The translations under genes and the position numbers were made by a program. A DNA stretch of 63,534 nucleotides, counting the filler, from Octopus bimaculoides (taxonomy: Eukaryota): NCBI RefSeq assembly GCF_001194135.2. It is 7 parts of 6 records of this genome, joined end to end, with 100 filler letters (N's around TTAATTAATTAA, not from the genome) between each part and the next. Parts side by side here need not be neighbours in the genome. Positions count along the whole stretch, not along the records: positions 26,509 to 40,048 come from NC_069000.1; positions 40,149 to 46,083 come from NC_068986.1; positions 46,184 to 53,054 come from NC_068999.1; 4 more parts are not named here. One strand, written 5' to 3'. Under the pieces are notes generated by a model. It saw nothing but the letters and a program-made list of their open reading frames with translations, had not been told where the DNA came from and did no database searches. Below are positions 37,560-48,944 of the stretch, in pieces (position 1 is the stretch's first letter; each line of letters begins with the position of its first letter).

Positions 37560-39345
37560 TTTGAGATTACGTCAAATTCCTAAACAGAGAACAATTTGAT
37601 TTTAAATTTTGTAAAAACCTCTCACACATATAAGAACTAGACAGATTCCAAAATCATATGAAATTACACAAAATGTTAAATTCAAAAATAGCTCCAATAT
37701 TACTACACACCTTCCCAAACGCTCCCAACAGCTGTATAAAAACTGACATGACAATAGCCCTTATACGATGGACAGTGAAGTTCATACAATAGACTATTTA
37801 GAGGTTACATCACAATGTAAAAGGAAAGAATAGTCCTAGAATATCCAGTATTATTAATGACAAGACAAATGACTTGACTTTCAATCTAAAAATAAACAAA
37901 CCTGTATAATGCTTCAACTCGCGCAAAAGAAATGTGATACTGAAAATTTACTGGGCCAATTCACCCAAAACCCAGTTTAATGAACCCTAGATTAATAAGC
38001 CCCACAAATTTTGCTATAGATATCATGAATAGAAGAATCAAAAGATGAGGTCCTTCTACAAATAAGAGCCGTTTCCAAATTACCTCAATAGATGTACAAC
38101 TGCACCACTATTGAATGCTTTAAGCATATAAATGAAAAGCCCAATTGTAGATGCATAGAGTTTGATCCTATAGAATATGAAACCTTCACATTTGTAAGAT
38201 CTCGTGATTTATGCCCTTGCATTCAACATGCATTAAGCCACAATCAGCGGCTCCGACATTATCATAACTATGAATACCAACAAAAAAAAAAGACATTATT
38301 ATTCATTATGATTATCATGTGAAAAAATTGATAAATAAAAAGGCTAACGAACTCTTTGATATTTCAATGAAAAGCAACGATGTGTCGAAAGCTGCAGTTT
38401 TATTAGCCTATTCGTTCTTAATCAGGAATTTAACGACGTAACATAGGATTATACTGATGCAAGTATCTGGAGAAGTGCACAACAGAAACGGATAGGATAC
38501 AGATAATATTGGAAAGAGCCTATAAACATATTTGCACATCTTAACCTGAAAATTACTTTTGAAACAAACTCGAAATAGTTAGCTGCATAGACATAAAACT
38601 GACGCTTCTTTTCACACCCCTAATGAATAAATTATCTCTATAAATGATCTCTATAAGTATATCTCACCATTTAACAAATCCATTCAACAAATCACTAATA
38701 ATATTAAACAATGTATTTAGTAACTTTTCCTCAGAAATAAAAACACCCTTAACAGAAACGCCGTACGTTATGATGATGCATTAGCAAGCTTTAACTTTAA
38801 AGAAAATGACAACTACAATGAGCCTACCCTTATTTGACCTAGCAGATACCGTAACGAAAACTTGTGCGCTCCATTCCAATTTATAATATGAATATAAAAA
38901 CTAAACCAATGGAGACAGACGATTCCGTAGTAATCGATAATCGCTTTCCATCAGTACATGGATTCTATAAAATACTTAACATACATGCATTAAAATGTTA
39001 GCTACTATTGCCTATTCAATACAGTTTTGCAAATATTAAACCACGATGATGCTTGAATGAACTATTGCAGTCAATAGTCGTTTGTGACAAAATACTATGT
39101 ATGTGCATTGGATTAGCAAGGAATACCTTCAAGAACAGATTTGTACAACACACTGCCTCGTTTAGAAACAAAACCGAGTGCAATACAACATGGTTTTGTG
39201 AAATACAACATTACTGTTTTTATTCATATGGATCCTGGAGAAACCTGCTTATAAAATGCAGTATCATTCCGACTACAAATAATTATAGTCGTCGATGGAG
39301 CAAATGCAAAATTTACATTACAGAAAAGTGAAGTCAACAGCAAAT
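37560..39345 (+). mobile_element. Penelope-like element, nearly complete but heavily decayed RT + C-terminal GIY-YIG ORF
   Basis: Successive broken-frame motifs: FDFK...ELDRFQN...QNVKFKN (37596-37660), PRLI (about 37986), IEFDPIEY (38152), LFDISMKSND (38352; cf. FDVTMGSxDGAE), IGLY (38442), KITFETN..VSCID (cf. VNFLDV), P.YNMNIKT, CIGLARNTFKNRF.HTASFRN, CSII...CKIYITEK. Confidence 0.75.
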
Positions 39346-39987
39346 GATATCAGTGACATGTAACGTATCCATGCAACGTATCCATGCATACCCTCATCTT
39401 TCCTCATACCTGGATGAAGCTACTTATTTGACCAAAGATACTATTATATTTGCATCTCATTCCGTATACCATCTTTCATACTCGCTTCTACGCATGGATT
39501 CTAATATGTGATAAAAGGGCAAGAGAAATATCAATGATATCAATCTCCTCTGTGTAGAATAGCCTGCAAGGATTACACATACAGCTTGTTCATGGCCATC
39601 TGGGCAGTAAAATAAGTATTTTCTCTCATCTTATCCTTTGTCGCTTATTCTAAAATTATTTGTATGATTTATATTGTTGCTTTGGGACTCGAAAACAAGT
39701 TCAAATAATTTTTGGTGCTACACTGTAATAAGGGAGATAATCAAAGCAGTCAGCTTCGAATAATTATTTCCCCTTACGCATGCACGTGTGAAAATTACAT
39801 TAGTGACGTGAACATCTCATATTATCTGTGATCTCGCTCTACACTCTTGTCAGCTCTAATGGCGGAGTGTCTTTTGTGATTATAATTGTACTTAGAAACT
39901 ATTGATTTTTGTCAACGTGTAACCTCTGGTTCTTGAAATTTAGCATAAATACTATTACAAAGAATAATCTCTGTCTGTCTGTCTCTC

Positions 39988-40048
<61 letters not shown>

Positions 40049-40148
40049 NNNNNNNNNNNNNNNNNNNNNNNNNNNNNNNNNNNNNNNNNNNNTTAATTAA
40101 TTAANNNNNNNNNNNNNNNNNNNNNNNNNNNNNNNNNNNNNNNNNNNN

Positions 40149-40190
<42 letters not shown>

Positions 40191-40999
40191 TGTGTGTGTA
40201 CGTATGTGTGTGCATTGCATGCAGACGTATCTATAAGCATGTTATTGTCTCGAGTTTGTGTATAGGCGTGTGTGTGTGTTTGTTTGTATGTGTGTGTGGT
40301 GTGTGTGTGTGTATGTGTATGTGGTGTGTGTGTATGTGTGTGTGTGTGTGTGGTGTGTGTGTGTGTGTGTGTGTGTACGTGTGTGTGTGCATTGCATGCA
40401 GACGTATCTATAAGCATGTTATTGTCTCGAGTTTGTGTATAGGCGTGTGTGTGTGTTTGTTTGTATGTGTGTGTGGTGTGTGTGTGTGTATGTGTNNNNN
40501 NNNNNNNNNNNNNNNNNNNNNNNNNNNNNNNNNNNNNNNNNNNNNNNNNNNNNNNNNNNNNNNNNNNNNNNNNNNNNNNNNNNNNNNNNNNNNNNNNNNN
40601 NNNNNNNNNNNNNNNNNNNNNNNNNNNNNNNNNNNNNNNNNNNNNNNNNNNNNNNNNNNNNNNNNNNNNNNNNNNNNNNNNNNNNNNNNNNNNNNNNNNN
40701 NNNNNNNNNNNNNNNNNNNNNNNNNNNNNNNNNNNNNNNNNNNNNNNNNNNNNNNNNNNNNNNNNNNNNNNNNNNNNNNNNNNNNNNNNNNNNNNNNNNN
40801 NNNNNNNNNNNNNNNNNNNNNNNNNNNNNNNNNNNNNNNNNNNNNNNNNNNNNNNNNNNNNNNNNNNNNNNNNNNNNNNNNNNNNNNNNNNNNNNNNNNN
40901 NNNNNNNNNNNNNNNNNNNNNNNNNNNNNNNNNNNNNNNNNNNNNNNNNNNNNNNNNNNNNNNNNNNNNNNNNNNNNNNNNNNNNNNNNNNNNNNNNNN

Positions 41000-41035
<36 letters not shown>

Positions 41036-41290
41036 ATTGAATGCAGACTTGTATCTACAAGCATGTTGTTGTCTTGAGTGTGTGTATAGGCGTGTGTGTT
41101 TGGTGTGTGCGTGTATGTGTGTGTATTTGTGTGTGTGTTTGTGTGTATGTGTGTGTGTGTGTATTCCACGCAGATAAGTATCTATAAGCATGTTATTGTT
41201 TTGAGTGTGTGTATAGGTGTGCGTGAGTGTGTGTACGTGTGTCTGTGTATGTGTGTGTGAGAAACTAGCAGCTCGTGTGCATCTGAGGCA

Positions 41291-41322
<32 letters not shown>

Positions 41323-41360
41323 TTGTGGTGCGTGTGCGTGTGTTTGTGAGGCAGTATCTA
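40149..41360 (+). repeat. Minisatellite-like array: about 55-bp core separated by (GT)n, at least 4 units
   Basis: tgcattgcatgcagacgtatctataagcatgttattgtctcgagtttgtgtataggcgtg at about 40211 and 40388 (about 177-bp period); diverged copies at about 41033 and 41170. Confidence 0.85.
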
Positions 41361-41479
41361 TACGTGTATTTATTTTTGTTGATTTAACTCTTGTTATTGC
41401 TGTTTTTTTTGTCATTGCTACTGTTGTTGTTATTTAGCCCTTGGCTATCCCTGATCAAGTAAACCTTTTCATATTATTA

Positions 41480-43310
41480 AAGCAGGCAGTTTCGGACACG
41501 TTTTCAGAGGCTGGATCGCTGCAATGCACAGCGGCATCTGTTCAGTGGTCAAAGTAAACGGCCACCTATCGGGGCCGTTTGGCACCGCACGCTCGGCCCG
41601 TCAGGGTTGCTCGCTGTCGTTTCTTCTATACGTATTGGCGCTCGAGTCATTGTCGTGGAAGTTGGAACAGCTAAGGGGCATCCCTTTCGAACTAGGACAA
41701 GGAAGGGCAGTGTCAGCATACGCGGACGATGTCACCATCATGGTGTCAGTCGGTTGCAGGGACTAAAATCAATGCCGACAAATCGGTTGGTTTGCAGCTG
41801 GGCTTCTGGAGAGACAAGACGATGCCATCAGATGGCGTCGTCAGACGCTGGACCGACGGACTAGTTAAAGAGCTCGGGGTCCGACGGACTAGTTAAAGAC
41901 GGACTAGTTAAAGAGCTCGGGGTCCGACGGACTAGTTAAAGAGCTCGGGGTCCGACGGACTAGTTAAAGAGCTCGGGGTCTGGTTTGGTCCCGACCTCCA
42001 GGTTGATAAANNNNNNNNNNNNNNNNNNNNNNNNNNNNNNNNNNNNNNNNNNNNNNNNNNNNNNNNNNNNNNNNNNNNNNNNNNNNNNNNNNNNNNNNNN
42101 NNNNNNNNNNNNNNNNNNNNNNNNNNNNNNNNNNNNNNNNNNNNNNNNNNNNNNNNNNNNNNNNNNNNNNNNNNNNNNNNNNNNNNNNNNNNNNNNNNNN
42201 NNNNNNNNNNNNNNNNNNNNNNNNNNNNNNNNNNNNNNNNNNNNNNNNNNNNNNNNNNNNNNNNNNNNNNNNNNNNNNNNNNNNNNNNNNNNNNNNNNNN
42301 NNNNNNNNNNNNNNNNNNNNNNNNNNNNNNNNNNNNNNNNNNNNNNNNNNNNNNNNNNNNNNNNNNNNNNNNNNNNNNNNNNNNNNNNNNNNNNNNNNNN
42401 NNNNNNNNNNNNNNNNNNNNNNNNNNNNNNNNNNNNNNNNNNNNNNNNNNNNNNNNNNNNNNNNNNNNNNNNNNNNNNNNNNNNNNNNNNNNNNNNNNNN
42501 NNNNNNNNNNNNNNNNNNNNNNNNNNNNNNNNNNNNNNNNNNNNNNNNNNNNNNNNNNNNNNNNNNNNNNNNNNNNNNNNNNNNNNNNNNNNNNNNNNNN
42601 NNNNNNNNNNNNNNNNNNNNNNNNNNNNNNNNNNNNNNNNNNNNNNNNNNNNNNNNNNNNNNNNCGTTCTGCACGCTCTCGTTCAGTGTCCAGGTATTGC
42701 TGACTTGTGGGGTTACGTTGAACAGCTACTGTCACGTGTGGGACAGATCCGTCTGTCGGCCGAGTCTGTAGTGATGATCGCACCGCCGCCCGCCTTCAAT
42801 CGGACAGGCAAGGCAGTTTTCCTTTGCCTGGTGGCTGTGGCGAAAGAGGTTGTTTGGTGGACAAGGCTGAAAGGCATGAGGACAGATACTTTCCTCTTTG
42901 GTAGAGCTCTCATTGACTTCTTCAAGTTTCACTTGAAAAGGAAGTTGAGAGTGGAGAGGGAAGTACTATCCTTGAGTGAGTATATCGAAAGGTGAGTGAA
43001 AGTTGCGAAAATGGCAAGAGTGGATGGTACCTCTATGAGTGTAGACCTATGAGTCGGAGAGAAAGAATTGGAGAGGGCACTTGCTCCAGGGTTTCAGGGA
43101 AATCTCGGACAGTGGGGTTCCCCGATTATCTCTAGAGGCGTTCCTGTATCAGGTGGGCCACATCTCTATCATTCCGCTCCCTTTTTTTTTACCTTTGTAT
43201 GCTATACACATGTCCCTTCTTTTCCAGCATATACCGTGTATACTTTAATTTTTTTTAATCATTTCATTATAATATGTAATATATATTATTTACATACTTA
43301 TAATATGTAA
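41480..43310 (+). mobile_element. L1/Tx1-clade LINE, 5'-truncated ORF2 remnant with 3' UTR
   Basis: VKVNGHLSGPF...RQGCSLSFLLYVLALE...AYADDVT; INADKS; ELGVWFG. After the gap: VLHALVQC...LW (end of the CCHC knuckle) ...AKEVVWWTR. T-rich 3' UTR. Confidence 0.88.
41853..41979 (+). repeat. 28-bp tandem repeat inside the LINE RT region (4 copies plus a 17-bp partial)
   Basis: Unit ccgacggactagttaaagagctcggggt; no spacers. Confidence 0.95.
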
Positions 43311-43314
43311 ACCC

Positions 43315-43560
43315 CAACACCAGTGAAACACTGGGGTCGATGTTATCGACTGGCCCTCTCACCAAAAATTTCGGGCCTTGTGCTTAAGGTAGAATGGATA
43401 TTTCGTCTGCCGGTATGCTTTGAGTTCAAATTCCGCCGAGGTCGACTTTGCCTTTCATCCTTTCGGGGTCGATAAATTAAGAACCAGCGAAACACTGGGG
43501 TCGATGTTATCGACCAGTCCTCCTCCCTTCAAAATCCAGGCCTTGTGTCTTTTATAGAAA
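43315..43560 (+). mobile_element. SINE family B, tandem (tail + near-full unit)
   Basis: gaaacactggggtcgatgttatcgac occurs twice; gagttcaaattccgccgaggtcgactttgcctttcatcctttcggggtcgataaattaag. Confidence 0.9.
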
Positions 43561-43753
43561 GGATTATTGTCATCAACATCATCATTGTGGTGGTGGTGGT
43601 CGTCGTCGTCGCCACCAGCCAGTTGCAGTTACACAGACTGGCAGACACTTAGGTCGCTGGTTACGTCTGTGCATGAGATAAGAAATCCTAAGTCATTTGC
43701 AGCTTGCTGCAGCGATTTCCAGATGGGTTGCAGATAAACGAACTTCAATACAG

Positions 43754-43787
<34 letters not shown>

Positions 43788-44440
43788 NNNNNNNNNNNNN
43801 NNNNNNNNNNNNNNNNNNNNNNNNNNNNNNNNNNNNNNNNNNNNNNNNNNNNNNNNNNNNNNNNNNNNNNNNNNNNNNNNNNNNNNNNNNNNNNNNNNNN
43901 NNNNNNNNNNNNNNNNNNNNNNNNNNNNNNNNNNNNNNNNNNNNNNNNNNNNNNNNNNNNNNNNNNNNNNNNNNNNNNNNNNNNNNNNNNNNNNNNNNNN
44001 NNNNNNNNNNNNNNNNNNNNNNNNNNNNNNNNNNNNNNNNNNNNNNNNNNNNNNNNNNNNNNNNNNNNNNNNNNNNNNNNNNNNNNNNNNNNNNNNNNNN
44101 NNNNNNNNNNNNNNNNNNNNNNNNNNNNNNNNNNNNNNNNNNNNNNNNNNNNNNNNNNNNNNNNNNNNNNNNNNNNNNNNNNNNNNNNNNNNNNNNNNNN
44201 NNNNNNNNNNNNNNNNNNNNNNNNNNNNNNNNNNNNNNNNNNNNNNNNNNNNNNNNNNNNNNNNNNNNNNNNNNNNNNNNNNNNNNNNNNNNNNNNNNNN
44301 NNNNNNNNNNNNNNNNNNNNNNNNNNNNNNNNNNNNNNNNNNNNNNNNNNNNNNNNNNNNNNNNNNNNNNNNNNNNNNNNNNNNNNNNNNNNNNNNNNNN
44401 NNNNNNNNNNNNNNNNNNNNNNNNNNNNNNNNNNNNNNNN

Positions 44441-44820
44441 AATAATAGGAATCTGAAGACGAAAACAATACCTATTGTCATAGGTGCCCTGGGAATGACA
44501 GCGAAACGGGCTGATTACTACCTAGCTCAGATACCAGGAAACCCCAAAATGGCTGAAGTTCAAAAGATAGTGCTCATGGGAACTGCCCATATCCTACGTA
44601 AAATACTGTCTATGTGATCTCAAATTTTAAAGCAAACATAATTTTCTTATGGTTTCTTAAACATTCACTAGAACAAAACTGTACAAATCCAAATATATGG
44701 TACCCTAGGCATAACACCTACATGAACTTCTAACTTGTTGTCTCTTGAGGTCTCTGGGTGAGACTTGGATCCAACTTGTACAAATGCACAACAAAAGTCA
44801 AACATAAAATAATAATAATA
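44441..44820 (+). mobile_element. R4/Dong-like LINE 3' end with 3' UTR and (TAA)n tail
   Basis: NLKTKTIPIVIGALGM...IPGNPKMAEVQKIVLMGTAHILRKILSM*. The UTR ends aaaataataataataa. Confidence 0.88.
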
Positions 44821-44873
44821 ACAACCTCGAAAAATACCTTAGGAATGAGAACCCAGGTTCGAAATTTCTCCAA

Positions 44874-44919
44874 GACATCTGATGAAGGCTGGAGGCTATA
44901 TCAACCGAAACTTTGTGTT
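44874..44919 (+). ncRNA. Degenerate minimal type-I hammerhead ribozyme motif (Penelope-like terminal repeat remnant)
   Basis: gacat-CTGATGA-a-ggctg[gaggctatat]caacc-GAAAC-ttt-gtgtt. The catalytic core boxes are intact, stem II has one mismatch, stem I is gacat/gtgtt, and the stem III/cleavage site deviates. Confidence 0.55.
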
Positions 44920-45745
44920 AACAACAAGCAAGACGAGGACAAATATCCGTCAAATGTAAACAATGTAAATAATGTAAATAATGTACATAATTCCTCATCT
45001 CTTAAATATAGAAGTGTACTGGAATCAATATAATCAACTTATCCCCTACCGAACCGTCAGGCCTTGTGCCTATAGTAGAAATTATTATTATTATTATGAT
45101 TATTATTTTTGTTATTGAGGCACTGTTTAAAAATCCATAGTGCCCCTAGATAACTCTTGCAGTCTAACACTTGAGAAACGCAGGCCAAGTGTTTCGGATA
45201 GATGTTTAACTACGAGGAGTCACCAGGAATAAATCAACGGAGATGGCGTGGGTCAGTACTTCGTAATGACTGCTGAGGTTTAAGATTTAGTTGTGTGTCG
45301 CTCAGTATTAGAAAGAGTGAGGTACATGATCGTTCCCCGCATTGAGCAGCAGTTTTGTGTTTTTTGTGCTGACGAAAGCCATAAGATTGTCATTACATTG
45401 GAACAGGATGTTTGCGCGCTCTCTGATCATGGAACCTGTGCAAGGATTTCAGCAATATGTCTAGGTTGCATGGTGAATGATGTTCTTCCCTCTGTCTGTC
45501 TGTCTGTCTCTGTCTTTCTGTCTGTCTCTGTCTGTCTGTCTGTCTTTCTTTGTCTGTCTTTGTCTCTCTCTTCCCCTCTCTCTCTCCCCGTCGCTTTGTG
45601 GCTGCGATTTTTGTGTCGAAGCGTCTTGCCGCTTCTGACCAGTCGCTCTTTGTTGCCACACCACGCCACGTTGCATGACAGGATCACTATGTATGTATGT
45701 GTGAGTATTTGTGTGTGTGTGTGTGTGTGTGTGTGTCCGTCCGTC

Positions 45746-45776
<31 letters not shown>

Positions 45777-46183
45777 TTGTGTGTGTCCATTTGTGTCTGT
45801 GTGCGTGTGTGTTCCTGTGTGAGTGTCCGTGTCTCTACGTGCGTATGCATCCGTGTGTCTATGTGTGTCCATGTGTGAATGTGTATGCGTGTGCGTGTCT
45901 ACTTGTCCACGTGTGTATGTTTCCAAGTGTGTGTGTATGTATGTGTGTGTGTGTATGTGTGTGCGCGTGTGTGTGTCTATTTTCATGTGTATCTATATGT
46001 GCATGTGTTGCCGTGTGTATGTGTGTGTGCATGCGTGCGTGCGTGCGTGTGTATATGTGTGTGCGTGCGTGCATGCGTGTGTGNNNNNNNNNNNNNNNNN
46101 NNNNNNNNNNNNNNNNNNNNNNNNNNNTTAATTAATTAANNNNNNNNNNNNNNNNNNNNNNNNNNNNNNNNNNNNNNNNNNNN

Positions 46184-46226
<43 letters not shown>

Positions 46227-46869
46227 ACACTAATAAATACTAAAATAAACATAGGAATGTATAACCTTACAGAAACAAAGTTTAAGTAGAACAGAATTAA
46301 CAAGAAAAAAAAATGGCGACCTATAGAAATGAATAGAGAGACAACAGGACGGAAACTGTGACGTAGATAGGTTTTCAAGGAAAGGACATATATCATACCA
46401 GTAACGAATGTAAAGAAGCAGCGATAGCACGGATACACAGTCAGCAGAGTGAGAGAAAATTATGCGTTTTGTGAGAATAATTCAATATATATGCTTATAT
46501 TTTTTCTTGCTTTGTAACTTCATCTCGTATCTGATGGAGCAGTCATTATGAAGGAACGTATTATATTCTTGGTCATTACAACTATCTTTCAGATATATAT
46601 ATACGGGAATACAGCGTTCGCTGTGATTTTCTATTCTGCTAATTAGTTATATGTGATTTATGTGTGATTTATCATTAAATCTATTCATGCCAGCTGCCGT
46701 GTAAGATTGTCCTATGTTAGATCACACATAAACGCACAAGTATTTACGTGATGGTTTGTTGTAGTTTGATAGAGATTTGGTTCTATTCCTTTTGAGATCC
46801 ACCTTGCTTTGAAGACACTATGTATAACAATAGAAAGGTCACTTCGTTTTCCTAAAACCGTGGTTATAT

Positions 46870-47075
46870 ATTGGTTTCAGATTTTGGCACAAGGCCAGCA
46901 ATTTCGGGGAAGCAGGTAATTCGGTTTCATCGACCTCAGTGCTTGACTACTAATTATTTTAACGACCCTGAAAGAATGAAAGGCAAATTCGACTTCGCCG
47001 AAATTTGAACTCAAAACGTAAAGAGTGACGAAATGCTGTTAGGTATTTTGTTCAGCGCGCTAACGATTCTGCTAG
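46870..47075 (-). mobile_element. SINE family B
   Basis: ttggcacaaggccagc...gaaaggcaaattcgacttcgccgaaatttgaactca...gctaacgattctgc. Confidence 0.85.
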
Positions 47076-47799
47076 TCCACGGTTTTAATTACGGCCATCA
47101 AGGACTAGAGTTGGAATGACTACTGGAATGGTATCCCATAGCCTTCTCCAGGCAGGTGGGATTTGAACTCAGATTATATAGAGCCGGAAGGTAGACCGTG
47201 AAGTATCACTGCCGACACGCCGATGATTCTGGCACTCTCCCACCCACTAGAAAAACGAGAAATGTTGTTTTGCCCAAGAACAGAACCCACGATCGTGTGC
47301 GCAAATCCCTAACCACTTGTCCACGCTACTTTAGTTAGCAGGAATGTTATCTTGACGTTTGATTACAAAAGTCTTCTCAACTCTCAAGAATCTTTCTTAC
47401 GATCTTTGTAGATAACAGGATGGCACTTTTCTGCAGATCAACAATGCTAATCTCACTTCCAATAGCTTTTAGATTCTAAGGTAGCTGTTTGGGTTTTGTA
47501 CTAAATGCACCAATTACAAATTCTTACATTTGTGCTCTACAATCGCTTCATCTCTCTGCCTAGATCATAATATATCTCAATTTCTTGGTAGCCCCCTTGT
47601 CATCATATGATATTGCAAAGTCTGACATTTCACATTGATATTTATTTATTTATCTATTCATTTCACTCTGCGTTCATATTTGGTCTTCTTGCTTCAACAT
47701 TATGGTCAGCCTTTGTGGATTTCTCCGATAAAATCCTTATAATTATCGTATTTCATCACAGGCCCTGGATAGTATTATTATTATTAATATCATTATTAT

Positions 47800-48290
47800 T
47801 TTCCACCGAGGTCGACTTCGCCTTCCATCTTTTCGGGGTCGATAAATTAAGTACCAGTGAAACACTTGAGTCAATGTAATCGACTAGTTCCCCTCCCCCA
47901 AACTTTCAGGGCCTTGGAGTTTTGTTATGTATTTATCTGATATTATTATTATTAAAGGCGGCGAGTTGGCAGAATGGTTAGCAACATTTCGTCCGTTCTT
48001 ACGTTCTGAGTTCAGGTCGAGGTCAACTTTGCCTTTCATTCTTTTGGGGTCGATTAAAAAAGTACAAGCTGCGCACAAGAGTCGATTTAATCGACTTAAT
48101 CCGTTTCCCAAAATTTTAGGCCTTTTGCCTACAGTAGAAAGGATTATAATCATTATTATTATTAGGACAGTAGATTAGGAGAATCGTTAGACCATTGGAC
48201 AAATTCCGCCGAATCCGACACTGCTTTCATTCTTTCAAGGTCAATAAACTAAATACCAGTTAAGTATTGGTATCAGTATAAACAACTTAG
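47800..48290 (+). mobile_element. SINE family B cluster (3 partial/full units)
   Basis: ccgaggtcgacttcgccttccatc (47805), aaggcggcgagttggcagaat (47954), gagaatcgttagacc (48180). Confidence 0.85.
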
Positions 48291-48434
48291 CTCTTGCTTT
48301 GGTTTTCTCAAATGACTCTACACCGAAACAGCTGTAAGCCTATGTTTAAACTTCTGGTGTATTGATATTTTTATCGTTTTCCTTGACTTATACTAACACG
48401 CAGGTATATATTTAGTATACATCTATATATCAAC

Positions 48435-48465
<31 letters not shown>

Positions 48466-48885
48466 NNNNNNNNNNNNNNNNNNNNNNNNNNNNNNNNNNN
48501 NNNNNNNNNNNNNNNNNNNNNNNNNNNNNNNNNNNNNNNNNNNNNNNNNNNNNNNNNNNNNNNNNNNNNNNNNNNNNNNNNNNNNNNNNNNNNNNNNNNN
48601 NNNNNNNNNNNNNNNNNNNNNNNNNNNNNNNNNNNNNNNNNNNNNNNNNNNNNNNNNNNNNNNNNNNNNNNNNNNNNNNNNNNNNNNNNNNNNNNNNNNN
48701 NNNNNNNNNNNNNNNNNNNNNNNNNNNNNNNNNNNNNNNNNNNNNNNNNNNNNNNNNNNNNNNNNNNNNNNNNNNNNNNNNNNNNNNNNNNNNNNNNNNN
48801 NNNNNNNNNNNNNNNNNNNNNNNNNNNNNNNNNNNNNNNNNNNNNNNNNNNNNNNNNNNNNNNNNNNNNNNNNNNNNNNNNNNNN

Positions 48886-48944
<59 letters not shown>

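Noticed and set aside
41853-41979. 28-bp direct repeats as a CRISPR array
   Set aside because: No spacers, the unit is LINE coding sequence, the context is eukaryotic, and there are no cas genes.
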